Source of the DNA: Patescibacteria group bacterium
GTDB taxonomy: Bacteria > Patescibacteriota > Minisyncoccia > Phycocordibacterales > PALSA-1337
Reading direction: 5' to 3'
Length of the DNA stretch: 64,000 bases
Assembly: GCA_038065395.1 (NCBI GenBank)
Contig: JBBTRB010000004.1
Location: 135,178-199,177 of the forward strand
This document shows, in pieces, positions 1 through 7,745 of the stretch. Below the pieces are notes generated by a model. The model ran no database searches and had not been told where the DNA came from. It saw only the letters and a list, made by a program, of their open reading frames with translations. Both the position numbers and the translations under genes were made by a program. Numbering within the stretch: position 1 is the stretch's first letter; every line of letters starts with the position of its first letter.

Positions 1-1029
1 ATCACGAGTACCACGACCTGCGCATTCTATGACAGTGACGGAGACGGTTCGAGTGCCACAGCGATCGATACCGGAGACTATTTGAGCTCACTTGCAGTCG
101 GTGTCACAGTACAGCCAGAAGGTATGACCTGGGACAGTACCGGCGATACACTCTATGTGTTAGGAGAAGCAGACTTCTTGGCGAAATACCGTACGAACGC
201 GTACACGACTCGACATACATTCACCTCGGTTGCCAACGGCAGCTATGTCGTCAAAGCAACATCTCTCGATGCTAACAGTGTTACTGCCAACGCTTCCTCC
301 ACCGCCTTTACACTCAGTATCGACAGCTCTGGTCCCTCGGTATCAATGACTGCACCGACCAGTGGCTCCACGGTTTCCGGTTCTTCTGTGACCGTGTCCG
401 CAACGGCATCAGATGATGTTAGTGTTTCGGGTGTTACTTTCAAATACAATACCAATACGGTTATTGGTTCAGAAGATACTTCTAGTCCTTACTCGCTCAG
501 TTGGGACAGTACAGGAGTCAGTGATGGTTCATACTCGATCATTGCAGTTGCTCGTGATGGTGTAGGGAACTATGCCACCTCGTCGAGTGTTACGGTGACA
601 GTTGATAATGATCCAGAAGAGGAGGAAGAAGAGGAAGCCCCTCAACCGACTCGTAGTGGAAGTTCTACTGCGGCGATGAGGGCGGCATTCTTGGCACAGC
701 AGATGATCGCCCAGAATTCGAATACGACACCATCACAGAATACAGCATCCCAAACTATGAACAAGCCTCTCTTCTACGGACTTCGTGATGAGCAGGTCAG
801 GGTTGCTCAGAGGATCCTGAACATGGATCCGGATACTCGAGTTGCCGTCACTGGTCCTGGTTCGCCTGGCAATGAAACAGGTCTCTTCCTCGACAAGACT
901 CGTGCCGCACTCCAAAAGTTCCAGCTCAAGTACGGCATCGTCAGCTCTCCGAATACTCCCGGCTACGGCACTATCGGTCCTGCCACTCGTAAAAAGATGA
1001 ACGAGATCATCGTGATGCTCGGTCTCTAG
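1..1029 (+). CDS. Surface protein, 5'-partial (reading frame open from window start). It has Ser/Thr-rich Ig-like repeats, an acidic E-run and a C-terminal peptidoglycan-binding (PG_binding_1-like) domain
   Basis: ORF is continuous from nt 1 in frame with the M at 82. The C-terminus LRDEQVRVAQRILN...GLFLDKTRAALQKFQLKYGI resembles the PG-binding domain 1 helix pair. Confidence 0.6.
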   Translation: MTSTTTCAFYDSDGDGSSATAIDTGDYLSSLAVGVTVQPEGMTWDSTGDTLYVLGEADFLAKYRTNAYTTRHTFTSVANGSYVVKATSLDANSVTANASSTAFTLSIDSSGPSVSMTAPTSGSTVSGSSVTVSATASDDVSVSGVTFKYNTNTVIGSEDTSSPYSLSWDSTGVSDGSYSIIAVARDGVGNYATSSSVTVTVDNDPEEEEEEEAPQPTRSGSSTAAMRAAFLAQQMIAQNSNTTPSQNTASQTMNKPLFYGLRDEQVRVAQRILNMDPDTRVAVTGPGSPGNETGLFLDKTRAALQKFQLKYGIVSSPNTPGYGTIGPATRKKMNEIIVMLGL

Positions 1030-1100
1030 TCTCTAGAGCCAGCCCACAATCTCTTAGATCGATCAAGAATCCCCGGTATATCCTGGGATTTTTTACATAT

Positions 1101-1267
1101 ATAAATTCCCGGTAGCATATTTCTCCTTCATTGCCTGCGGAACTTGCTTCGTGCAATGGTAACGGAAATGTCTCGAGCCAGGCTGAGCGAGACATTTCCT
1201 AACCATTGCTACTCGCTTCGGACAGGTCCTCGGCCGCTTCAGGAGAAATATGCTACCGGGAATTTAT
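1101..1267. repeat. MITE-like element / long imperfect palindrome. 26-bp perfect terminal inverted repeats (1101..1126, 1242..1267) enclose an inner near-perfect hairpin (1153..1175 / 1188..1209)
   Basis: ataaattcccggtagcatatttctcc and its exact reverse complement ggagaaatatgctaccgggaatttat. Inner arms gcaatggtaacggaaatgtctcg / cgagacatttcctaaccattgc. Confidence 0.6.
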
Positions 1268-1382
1268 CACTTATCCACATACTTTTTGCTATTAAAAAAC
1301 CATAAAGTGGGGTAAAATATCCATCAAGTGGGAAGAAGTGGTATATAGAAAAAAGTAAGATATTACTTCATCTCACGAACAT

Positions 1383-1823
1383 ATGCTCATCGGAGAATAC
1401 AGACACACTATCGATGACAAGAACCGCCTTTCACTTCCTGCCAAGTTCAGACAGGAAATGGGCAAAAAGGTGGTAATCACTCCCGGACTTGATTCATGCC
1501 TCTTCGTTTTTACCACGAAAGAATGGAACAAGATCTCCGAGCACTTGTCAGTGACTGGATCTTCTCTCTTGCAGGCAGATAATCGAAGTCTCAACCGATA
1601 TCTCTTGGGAAGAGCGGTCGAGGTAGAGATAGATGCTTCGGGTCGTATGCTCATTCCAGAACACCTTCGTACGCGTGCACATCTCGAGACGAAAGTCGTC
1701 TTCATCGGTGTCAAAGACCGCGTCGAAATATGGGATGAGACTCGATGGGGTGCCTATGTTGTCGAAGTAGAGGCAAAGGCAGATGCGCTGGCAGAGAAGC
1801 TTGGGCAAGCAGGAATGATTTAA
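1383..1823 (+). CDS. mraZ: Transcriptional regulator MraZ
   Basis: Duplicated MraZ-type motif: DDKNRLSLPAKFR... and a second half, ~145 aa, first gene of the dcw cluster upstream of rsmH. Confidence 0.85.
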   Translation: MLIGEYRHTIDDKNRLSLPAKFRQEMGKKVVITPGLDSCLFVFTTKEWNKISEHLSVTGSSLLQADNRSLNRYLLGRAVEVEIDASGRMLIPEHLRTRAHLETKVVFIGVKDRVEIWDETRWGAYVVEVEAKADALAEKLGQAGMI

Positions 1824-1830
1824 GTAAGTT

Positions 1831-2754
1831 ATGTCACAACCTTCAAACTCAAGCGTCCACGTACCGGTTCTTTTACATGAAGTGATCGAAGGGTTGTCAC
1901 GAGCACATGTTGCTGGTCGCCCGTATGTCTATGTTGACGGGACACTCGGTGGGGCAGGGCATGCACGAGAGTTCGCTGCTTCACGAAAAGGCAATCTCGT
2001 CATCATCGGTTGCGATCGAGATCCTCAGGCTGTTGTACGGGCTCAGAGCACACTTGCAGGGCAGGCCACACAGCTTATCCTCGAACAGGCCAACAGTCGT
2101 GATATCGACAAAGTACTCGATACTCACGGGATACAGCAGGTAGACGGCATACTGCTCGATCTGGGGATCTCCTCTGATGAACTCGACATCTCTGGCAAGG
2201 GATTTTCTTTCCAGAGAGATGAGCCCCTCCTTATGACCATGGGTGATCCTGCAACGTACGCCTTCACCGCAAAGGACATCGTCAATACCTGGGAAGAAGA
2301 GACGATCGCCGATGTGATCTTTGGATATGGAGAAGAACGCTACGCACGTCGTATCGCACGCACGATCGTCAACTATAGGCAGAAGAAACCGATCGAGACT
2401 ACGGCCGAACTGAGCGAGATCATCCGCATGTCAGTCCCTCCTGTCTATCGACGAGGCAAGATCCATCCCGCTACCAGAACCTTTCAGGCATTGCGCATTG
2501 CGGTCAACGATGAGCTCGGTGCATTGAAAGACGTGTTGAAGAGAGGCTTCGAACGACTTGCTCCAGGAGGAATACTCGCGATCATTTCATTCCATAGTCT
2601 CGAAGACCGCATCGTCAAAGATTTTAATAAAGAAAAGTTCGCTGCAGGACAGGCCGCGATACTGACCAAGAAGCCAACAACCGCCACGCCAGAAGAAATA
2701 CAAAAGAACCCACGATCACGAAGCGCAAAATTACGAATATTACAAAAAATATAA
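1831..2754 (+). CDS. rsmH: 16S rRNA (cytosine1402-N4)-methyltransferase RsmH/MraW
   Basis: HVPVLLHEV...YVDGTLGGAGHA and ISFHSLEDRIVK motifs. Position after mraZ. Confidence 0.9.
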   Translation: MSQPSNSSVHVPVLLHEVIEGLSRAHVAGRPYVYVDGTLGGAGHAREFAASRKGNLVIIGCDRDPQAVVRAQSTLAGQATQLILEQANSRDIDKVLDTHGIQQVDGILLDLGISSDELDISGKGFSFQRDEPLLMTMGDPATYAFTAKDIVNTWEEETIADVIFGYGEERYARRIARTIVNYRQKKPIETTAELSEIIRMSVPPVYRRGKIHPATRTFQALRIAVNDELGALKDVLKRGFERLAPGGILAIISFHSLEDRIVKDFNKEKFAAGQAAILTKKPTTATPEEIQKNPRSRSAKLRILQKI

Positions 2755-2763
2755 CTACATAGC

Positions 2764-3087
2764 ATGACTCAGACCATTGCACGCACATATGAACAAAGTG
2801 AAGGATACAGAGTGTATATCACCTACGCCCTTGCCTCACTCTGCGCGTTCGCTATCGTCATGTATATGTTCAACATGTATCGAGTCATTTCATACTCGGT
2901 TGCACTCCAGGGAACAGAAGCAGACACCGTGACTGTCCAGAAATCCGTACAAGAACTCGATATGAAATATATTAGTCTCTCCAACCGTATCACTCCAGAC
3001 CTCGTACATGCTCGAGGTATGAGCGAAGGTACAGTTACGAGTTATATCTCTCGTACACCAACGCTTGGCATGGTATCTTTGAGATGA
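2764..3087 (+). CDS. Small bitopic membrane protein, FtsL-like cell-division protein (positional assignment)
   Basis: 107 aa with a single TM helix then a coiled region. Located between rsmH and ftsI as ftsL usually is. Confidence 0.5.
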   Translation: MTQTIARTYEQSEGYRVYITYALASLCAFAIVMYMFNMYRVISYSVALQGTEADTVTVQKSVQELDMKYISLSNRITPDLVHARGMSEGTVTSYISRTPTLGMVSLR

Positions 3088-3088
3088 T

Positions 3089-4804
3089 ATGGATCCTCAT
3101 CAACGACTCCGAGCGCGTGGCATACTCATAGGCATTATTCTGACCGCATGCATACTCGGTTTTTCGTTGTATTGGATACAGATCGTTCAGGGCGACACCT
3201 ATAGAGCCAAGGCCAACCTTCAATACGAGAAACCGTCAGCCTATGCACTCGATCGAGGCTCTATCTTCTTCAACTCCAAAGACGGCACTCGCGTCTCAGC
3301 AGCTACGGTCACTCAGGGTTTCGTAGTGCATATGGATCCGACCAAAGTGACTGATATCGAAAGTGAATATCAGGCACTCTCGCATTATATCTACGTTGAT
3401 AAGGATGATTTTGTGCGCAAAGCACAAAAGCCAGGAGATCGATATGAAGAGATCGTAGAACGAGCAGATGCTGACAAGGCGATCGCTATAGCAGAACTCG
3501 GACTTCCGGGAATCGGTATATCCAAGAAGAGTTGGCGGTCATATCCGGGCGGTCAGCTGTCCTCGCATGTGTTGGGATTGATCGGTGAGAACGGCGATGG
3601 TTCTATCGAAGGTCGCTACGGTCTCGAGCGTACCTACGAAGAGATACTCAAACGTACCTCACAGAGTGCCAGTACCAATGTGTTCACACAGATATTCACG
3701 GGTCTGCGTGATACGGTGTTCGGCAGTAGTGGTACCAAACAGGGTGACATCGTCACCACTATCGAGCCAACCGTCGAAGGGTATGTCGAAGGAATACTCA
3801 AAAACATCCAAGCAGAATGGAACTCCGACAGGGTAGGAGCTATCGTGATGGAACCTCGTACGGGTAAGATCGTTGCTATGTCTGCATTGCCGACATTCGA
3901 TGCGGGTAACCTCTCGGGTATCAGTGACGTATCGATACTCTCCAACCCACTGGTCGAGCATGTCTATGAGATGGGTTCGATCATGAAGCCATTGACCATG
4001 GCGATCGGTCTCGATACTGGAGCGATCAAGCCAACCTCTACCTACGAAGACACGGGTACGATGACGATCGGTGACAAGAAGATCTCCAACTATGACGGCA
4101 AGGCGCGCGGCACAACCGTGATGCAAGAAGTTTTGAGTCAGTCGCTCAACCTGGGTGCGGCGACGATCGCTCTCAAAGTGGGGAGTGAAGATTTCAAAAA
4201 ATATTTTGATATGTTCGGCTTTGGGACCAAAACCGGTATCGATCAACCTAACGAAGGTACTGGACTCCTTGATAACCTTGACTCGGCGCTCGATATCGAG
4301 ATCGCAACCGCGGCGTACGGCCAAGGCGTAGCAGTCTCTCCTATTGCGATGACACGTGCCTTGGCGGTTCTAGCCAATGGTGGCTACGCAGTCCGACCAC
4401 ATCTCGTCGAACGTATCGAGTATGCCGACGGCAGTACCACAGAAGTCCCTGTAGAAAAAAGTGATCGTATCCTCGGTCAAAAGGCTGTGGAGGATACGAC
4501 CAAGATGTTGGTCAGAGTCGTCGACACTGCTCTCAAGGGTGGAGATATCAAGATGGAACGTTATACGGTTGCCGCAAAGACGGGTACTGCCCAGATCGCT
4601 GATCCTGAAAATGGCGGATACTACACTGACCGATACTTACACTCATTCTTCGGATATTTCCCTGCATACGATCCACAGTTCATCATTTTCCTTTATCATG
4701 TGAACCCAAAGAACGCTCGTTTCGCTTCTGAGACCCTCACCAAACCTTTCCAAGAGATCAGTCGTTTCCTCATCACGTATTACGACATCCCGCCGGATCG
4801 ATGA
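3089..4804 (+). CDS. ftsI: Penicillin-binding protein transpeptidase (FtsI/PBP3-like)
   Basis: N-terminal TM and the transpeptidase triad SIMK (SxxK), SNY (SxN), KTGTA (KTG). dcw context. Confidence 0.85.
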   Translation: MDPHQRLRARGILIGIILTACILGFSLYWIQIVQGDTYRAKANLQYEKPSAYALDRGSIFFNSKDGTRVSAATVTQGFVVHMDPTKVTDIESEYQALSHYIYVDKDDFVRKAQKPGDRYEEIVERADADKAIAIAELGLPGIGISKKSWRSYPGGQLSSHVLGLIGENGDGSIEGRYGLERTYEEILKRTSQSASTNVFTQIFTGLRDTVFGSSGTKQGDIVTTIEPTVEGYVEGILKNIQAEWNSDRVGAIVMEPRTGKIVAMSALPTFDAGNLSGISDVSILSNPLVEHVYEMGSIMKPLTMAIGLDTGAIKPTSTYEDTGTMTIGDKKISNYDGKARGTTVMQEVLSQSLNLGAATIALKVGSEDFKKYFDMFGFGTKTGIDQPNEGTGLLDNLDSALDIEIATAAYGQGVAVSPIAMTRALAVLANGGYAVRPHLVERIEYADGSTTEVPVEKSDRILGQKAVEDTTKMLVRVVDTALKGGDIKMERYTVAAKTGTAQIADPENGGYYTDRYLHSFFGYFPAYDPQFIIFLYHVNPKNARFASETLTKPFQEISRFLITYYDIPPDR

Positions 4805-4828
4805 TTGTGTCATTCTGTTTCTTTTTTG

Positions 4829-4858
4829 TGTCATCCCCGCGAAGGCGGGGATCCAGGA
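4829..4858 (+). repeat. 30-bp GC hairpin repeat, copy 1 (tgtcatccccgcgaaggcggggatccagga), REP-like
   Basis: Exact copy also at 19848..19877. Exact inverted copy at 4988..5017. Variant at 62599..62625. Confidence 0.8.
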
Positions 4859-4987
4859 TCACTCCCAGTATATAGTCGACTTAGGTTATACGAACAATGA
4901 ACATGATAGGTTCGGCATTTACTTACAGGAGTAGTATCTAATGTTTTGTGGTTGTATAGACATTAAATAAGCAGCCACGCCCTTGCT

Positions 4988-5017
4988 CCTGGATCCCCGC
5001 CTTCGCGGGGATGACAA
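4988..5017 (-). repeat. 30-bp GC hairpin repeat, copy 2 (inverted orientation). Together with copy 1 it forms a perfect 30-bp inverted repeat around a 129-bp spacer
   Basis: tcctggatccccgccttcgcggggatgaca is the exact reverse complement of copy 1. Confidence 0.8.
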
Positions 5018-5048
5018 CCTGTGCTATCTTTATAGGTACTTCATTCCC

Positions 5049-6383
5049 ATGTCCCTGCTCAAGTCCATCATCGTCGCAATCCTCCTTCTGGAAGCCCGTC
5101 TTATTCTGAGGAAATACAAGCCTTTTGTCGTAGCGGTGACCGGTAGTGTCGGCAAGACGTCAACTAAGGACGCTATATTTACCGTACTAACCTCTTCGAA
5201 GATCTGTACTGACCAGAAGATGTGTTATGTCCGTAAGAGTGAGAAAAGCATGAACAGCGAGATCGGTCTGCCACTCTCTATCATCGGTGCGCCCAATGCG
5301 TGGCATAGTCTCTCTGGCTGGCTTGCAAATATCTTCAAGGGCCTGTCTCTCATCGTGACCCGTAAAGAGTATCCGGATTGTCTCGTCCTCGAAGTCGGTG
5401 CGGACCACCCTGGAGATATCAAGAAAGTCGCCCCCTGGTTGCGTCCCGATGTAGCCGTCATCACCAAAGTCAGTAGCACGCCTGTACACGTAGAGTTCTT
5501 CACGTCACCCGAGCAGGTCTTCGAAGAAAAGGCATCTCTCGCTCGTGAGGTCAAGGAGGGTGGGGTGGTGGTCTTGTATGGTGATGATGACAAGACGCTG
5601 TCGATACGAGACATGGTCGCAACTGGCAACCGTTCGGTGATCACTTTCGGCATGTCAGGATCCGCCGAGGTGCGAGGTATTGATGAGCAGGTTATCTATG
5701 AAGAAGTAGGCGGAATGAAAAGCCCAGTCGGTTCGCAGTTCACTCTCGATATAAAAGGTTCACAATCACCCATCACGATCGCAAGAGGTCTGGGCCAAGG
5801 ATATATACAGACGCTTCTCGCCGCCGCCGCAGTCGGTGTTGCTCGTGGTATGAGCAGTGCAGATATAGCAAAGGCTCTCAATGCGTATACCGTCACTCCA
5901 GGAAGGATGAATATCATCGCGGGTATTGCCGGTTCGACGATCATTGACGATACCTACAACTCTTCTCCTGATGCTGCACTCTCGGCACTACAGGCACTCG
6001 GACAGATCGAAACTTCCGGGACCAAGATCGCTATCTTAGGTGACATGATGGAACTGGGCAAATACGCTACTGACGAACATCGCAAGATCGGAGTCGCTGC
6101 TGCCGGTATTGTCGGACGACTCGTCACTGTCGGTCAACGCTCTCGCTGGACTACCGAAGAAGCTCTCAAGAACGGTCTCTCTGCTGACAAGGTGTCTTCG
6201 TTCGATACTGCCGAGCAAGCTCTAGAATATATCAAGCCTCTGATCCAGGCAGGAGATGTGATCCTCGTAAAAGGTTCTCAGTCTGTGCGTATGGAGAAAG
6301 TATCTCGGGCACTCTTGCGTGACGCTGACAAGGCAGGGGAACTTCTGGTGAGACAGGAGAAGGAGTGGCTGGAGAAGAGGTAG
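5049..6383 (+). CDS. murF: UDP-N-acetylmuramoyl-tripeptide--D-alanyl-D-alanine ligase MurF
   Basis: Mur ligase P-loop VTGSVGKTSTKD and C-terminal Mur ligase domain. The ORF-table start at 4983 merely translates the repeat (DPRLRGDD). The likely true start is the ATG at 5049 (MSLLKSI...). Confidence 0.85.
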   Translation: MSLLKSIIVAILLLEARLILRKYKPFVVAVTGSVGKTSTKDAIFTVLTSSKICTDQKMCYVRKSEKSMNSEIGLPLSIIGAPNAWHSLSGWLANIFKGLSLIVTRKEYPDCLVLEVGADHPGDIKKVAPWLRPDVAVITKVSSTPVHVEFFTSPEQVFEEKASLAREVKEGGVVVLYGDDDKTLSIRDMVATGNRSVITFGMSGSAEVRGIDEQVIYEEVGGMKSPVGSQFTLDIKGSQSPITIARGLGQGYIQTLLAAAAVGVARGMSSADIAKALNAYTVTPGRMNIIAGIAGSTIIDDTYNSSPDAALSALQALGQIETSGTKIAILGDMMELGKYATDEHRKIGVAAAGIVGRLVTVGQRSRWTTEEALKNGLSADKVSSFDTAEQALEYIKPLIQAGDVILVKGSQSVRMEKVSRALLRDADKAGELLVRQEKEWLEKR

Positions 6384-6441
6384 GTGACATTTCACGACTT
6401 CGAAATAGTGTGTTATATTGCCGAAGTCAAATAGGTTATTT

Positions 6442-6513
6442 GGCCCTATCGTCTAATGGCTAGGACGGAGCCTTCTCAAGGCTTAAATCGGGGTTCGACT
6501 CCCCGTAGGGTCA
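6442..6513 (+). tRNA. tRNA-Glu (anticodon CUC)
   Basis: Manual cloverleaf fold: acceptor GGCCCTA/TAGGGTC, D-arm GTCT..GGAC, anticodon stem GAGCC/GGCTT with loop TTCTCAA, T-arm CGGGG-TTCGACT-CCCCG, discriminator A. No encoded CCA. Confidence 0.8.
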
Positions 6514-6884
6514 CAGGTTTTGAGCGAGCACAGCGAGTGAAAAAGCTGTGACCCTAAGCAAAGCGTCTGCACGCTTTGCGTCGGGGAGTCGAAAAGGTTC
6601 TCCCTTATTTTCGACACTCTGAAGCGTAGCGGAAGAGGGGAGAAAATGGGAAACCTGTACTGAAGCTGTAAGCTTCGACTCCCCGTAGGGTCACAAACAG
6701 ATATGAAACGGTTTTCCAGTGCCTGGAATCCTCGTTTACACTTATATTCCAACGTATCTTCTATGATGGTGAGTTCGGAAAAGATTAACTTGATGATTGC
6801 TTCCTTTTCTGTTGGTTTGGCGAAATCATAATATAAACAAACGTTTTTCAAGAGTTCGGAAAGTTTTACTATATCCTTCGTCAT
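6483..6884 (-). CDS. Hypothetical small protein. Only the N-terminal ~60 codons (6700..6884) lie in unique sequence; the rest of the ORF reads through the att-like repeats and the tRNA
   Basis: ORF only. No recognisable motif. Its 3' part overlaps the tRNA and repeats, so the true extent is doubtful. Confidence 0.2.
   Translation of the reverse strand: MTKDIVKLSELLKNVCLYYDFAKPTEKEAIIKLIFSELTIIEDTLEYKCKRGFQALENRFISVCDPTGSRSLQLQYRFPIFSPLPLRFRVSKIRENLFDSPTQSVQTLCLGSQLFHSLCSLKTCDPTGSRTPI
6494..6700. repeat. Cluster of reiterated tRNA-Glu 3'-end fragments (att-like scars)
   Basis: A direct 22-bp exact copy of the tRNA T-arm/acceptor is at 6674..6695. Inverted partial copies are at 6540..6552 and 6579..6597. 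A further partial direct copy lies at 12954..12965. Confidence 0.65.
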
Positions 6885-7247
6885 GAGGTTTCTCCCCCTT
6901 CTACAATTTAAGTGGCATCCAGCAGATGGCTTGTAGATGCGCCCACCATTTCTGCTAGCAACAAAAAGTCCGCTATTGGACGGACAGGTGTACCACGAGA
7001 AATGGAGACCTATCAGTCCAGCAACGGACTTAAATTTCTTGTGGCACTTTCTCCGTTCAATGAAAGAAGCATGCTACGAGTTTTGGAATCAGAAATTTTA
7101 TAAAACAAAATTGAAAAAATGTACTTGACCCTTTGACAGAGTTACAGATGAGTAAAATACCCCTTAAAATAAGGATATTCTAAAAACTAGAGAAAGGGTC
7201 AAAAAACACAGAATTGGCTGAATCGTAAAAAAACTATTTGACAGTAT

Positions 7248-7628
7248 TTATTTTTGGTACAAACCGCGCACTTTATATGCCATATCTATAGCCGTAGCAC
7301 GCGTCGAGAAATCTGGCTCGGTAAAGGTAACTTTCACCCTGTTTTCACCCCTTTCAACCGTCAGTATTTGCCTTCCTCCTGATACAAAAATGGACTGAAG
7401 GTCTTCATCAGTAAGGAGGACTGGAAAATCCATTGTGGAGAGCTTCTGCGCCTCTAGAAGCTTCGTATGCACAGAAACTATCTTCTCATCAGAGATGAAC
7501 TCTTGGAGGTACTCCCGCCAGAATTTCGTATGCTTTATCTTCTGGGGGTTGCGGGCGTAGCTTTCGCTATATCCCGCCTCGCGCATTGCTTCAGCTAGAG
7601 AGCGCGGTTTGCCACCTTTTGCAACCAT
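7248..7628 (-). CDS. Small HTH protein resembling a phage terminase small subunit (Terminase_2-like). Probable mobile-element remnant
   Basis: N-terminal SLAEAMREAGYSESYARNPQKI resembles the AGYS...A HTH signature of terminase small subunits. ~126 aa. GC noticeably higher than neighbouring island genes. Confidence 0.35.
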   Translation of the reverse strand: MVAKGGKPRSLAEAMREAGYSESYARNPQKIKHTKFWREYLQEFISDEKIVSVHTKLLEAQKLSTMDFPVLLTDEDLQSIFVSGGRQILTVERGENRVKVTFTEPDFSTRATAIDMAYKVRGLYQK

Positions 7629-7745
7629 TTTTTCGATGGTTGCTTTTGCGCGTAGGTTTTCATGGCTTTTTTCATTCTTTCAATTATATCAATAAACCCT
7701 CAACAAAAAGGTATTTTTTTGGTATAATTTGAAAATCACATTTTT

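Noticed and set aside
595-640. Glu-run (EEEEEEE) and the simple gaagag repeat as a separate feature
   Set aside because: Short low-complexity linker within a surface protein. Not a distinct element.
243-915. Antisense ORFs inside the surface-protein gene, and many similar antisense ORFs inside valS, ftsI, dnaK, cysS, the M23 peptidase gene and others
   Set aside because: They lie entirely within well-supported genes on the opposite strand or in other frames. They are typical of GC-rich coding sequence and have no independent support.
2764-3087. Confident ftsL assignment
   Set aside because: FtsL has little sequence conservation. The call rests on size, topology and position only, so it is given as FtsL-like with moderate confidence.
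4829-5017. Possible CRISPR array, because the 30-bp repeat looks like a type I-E repeat
   Set aside because: Copies are inverted or solitary and tens of kb apart. There are no regularly spaced direct repeats with spacers and no cas genes in the window. Treated as a REP/MITE-like hairpin repeat instead.
4983-5048. N-terminal extension of murF (MLLDPRLRGDDNLCYLYRYFIP) and the ORF 62105..62707
   Set aside because: Both read through copies of the GC hairpin repeat (translation DPRLRGDD). They are ORF-finder artefacts. murF most likely starts at 5049.
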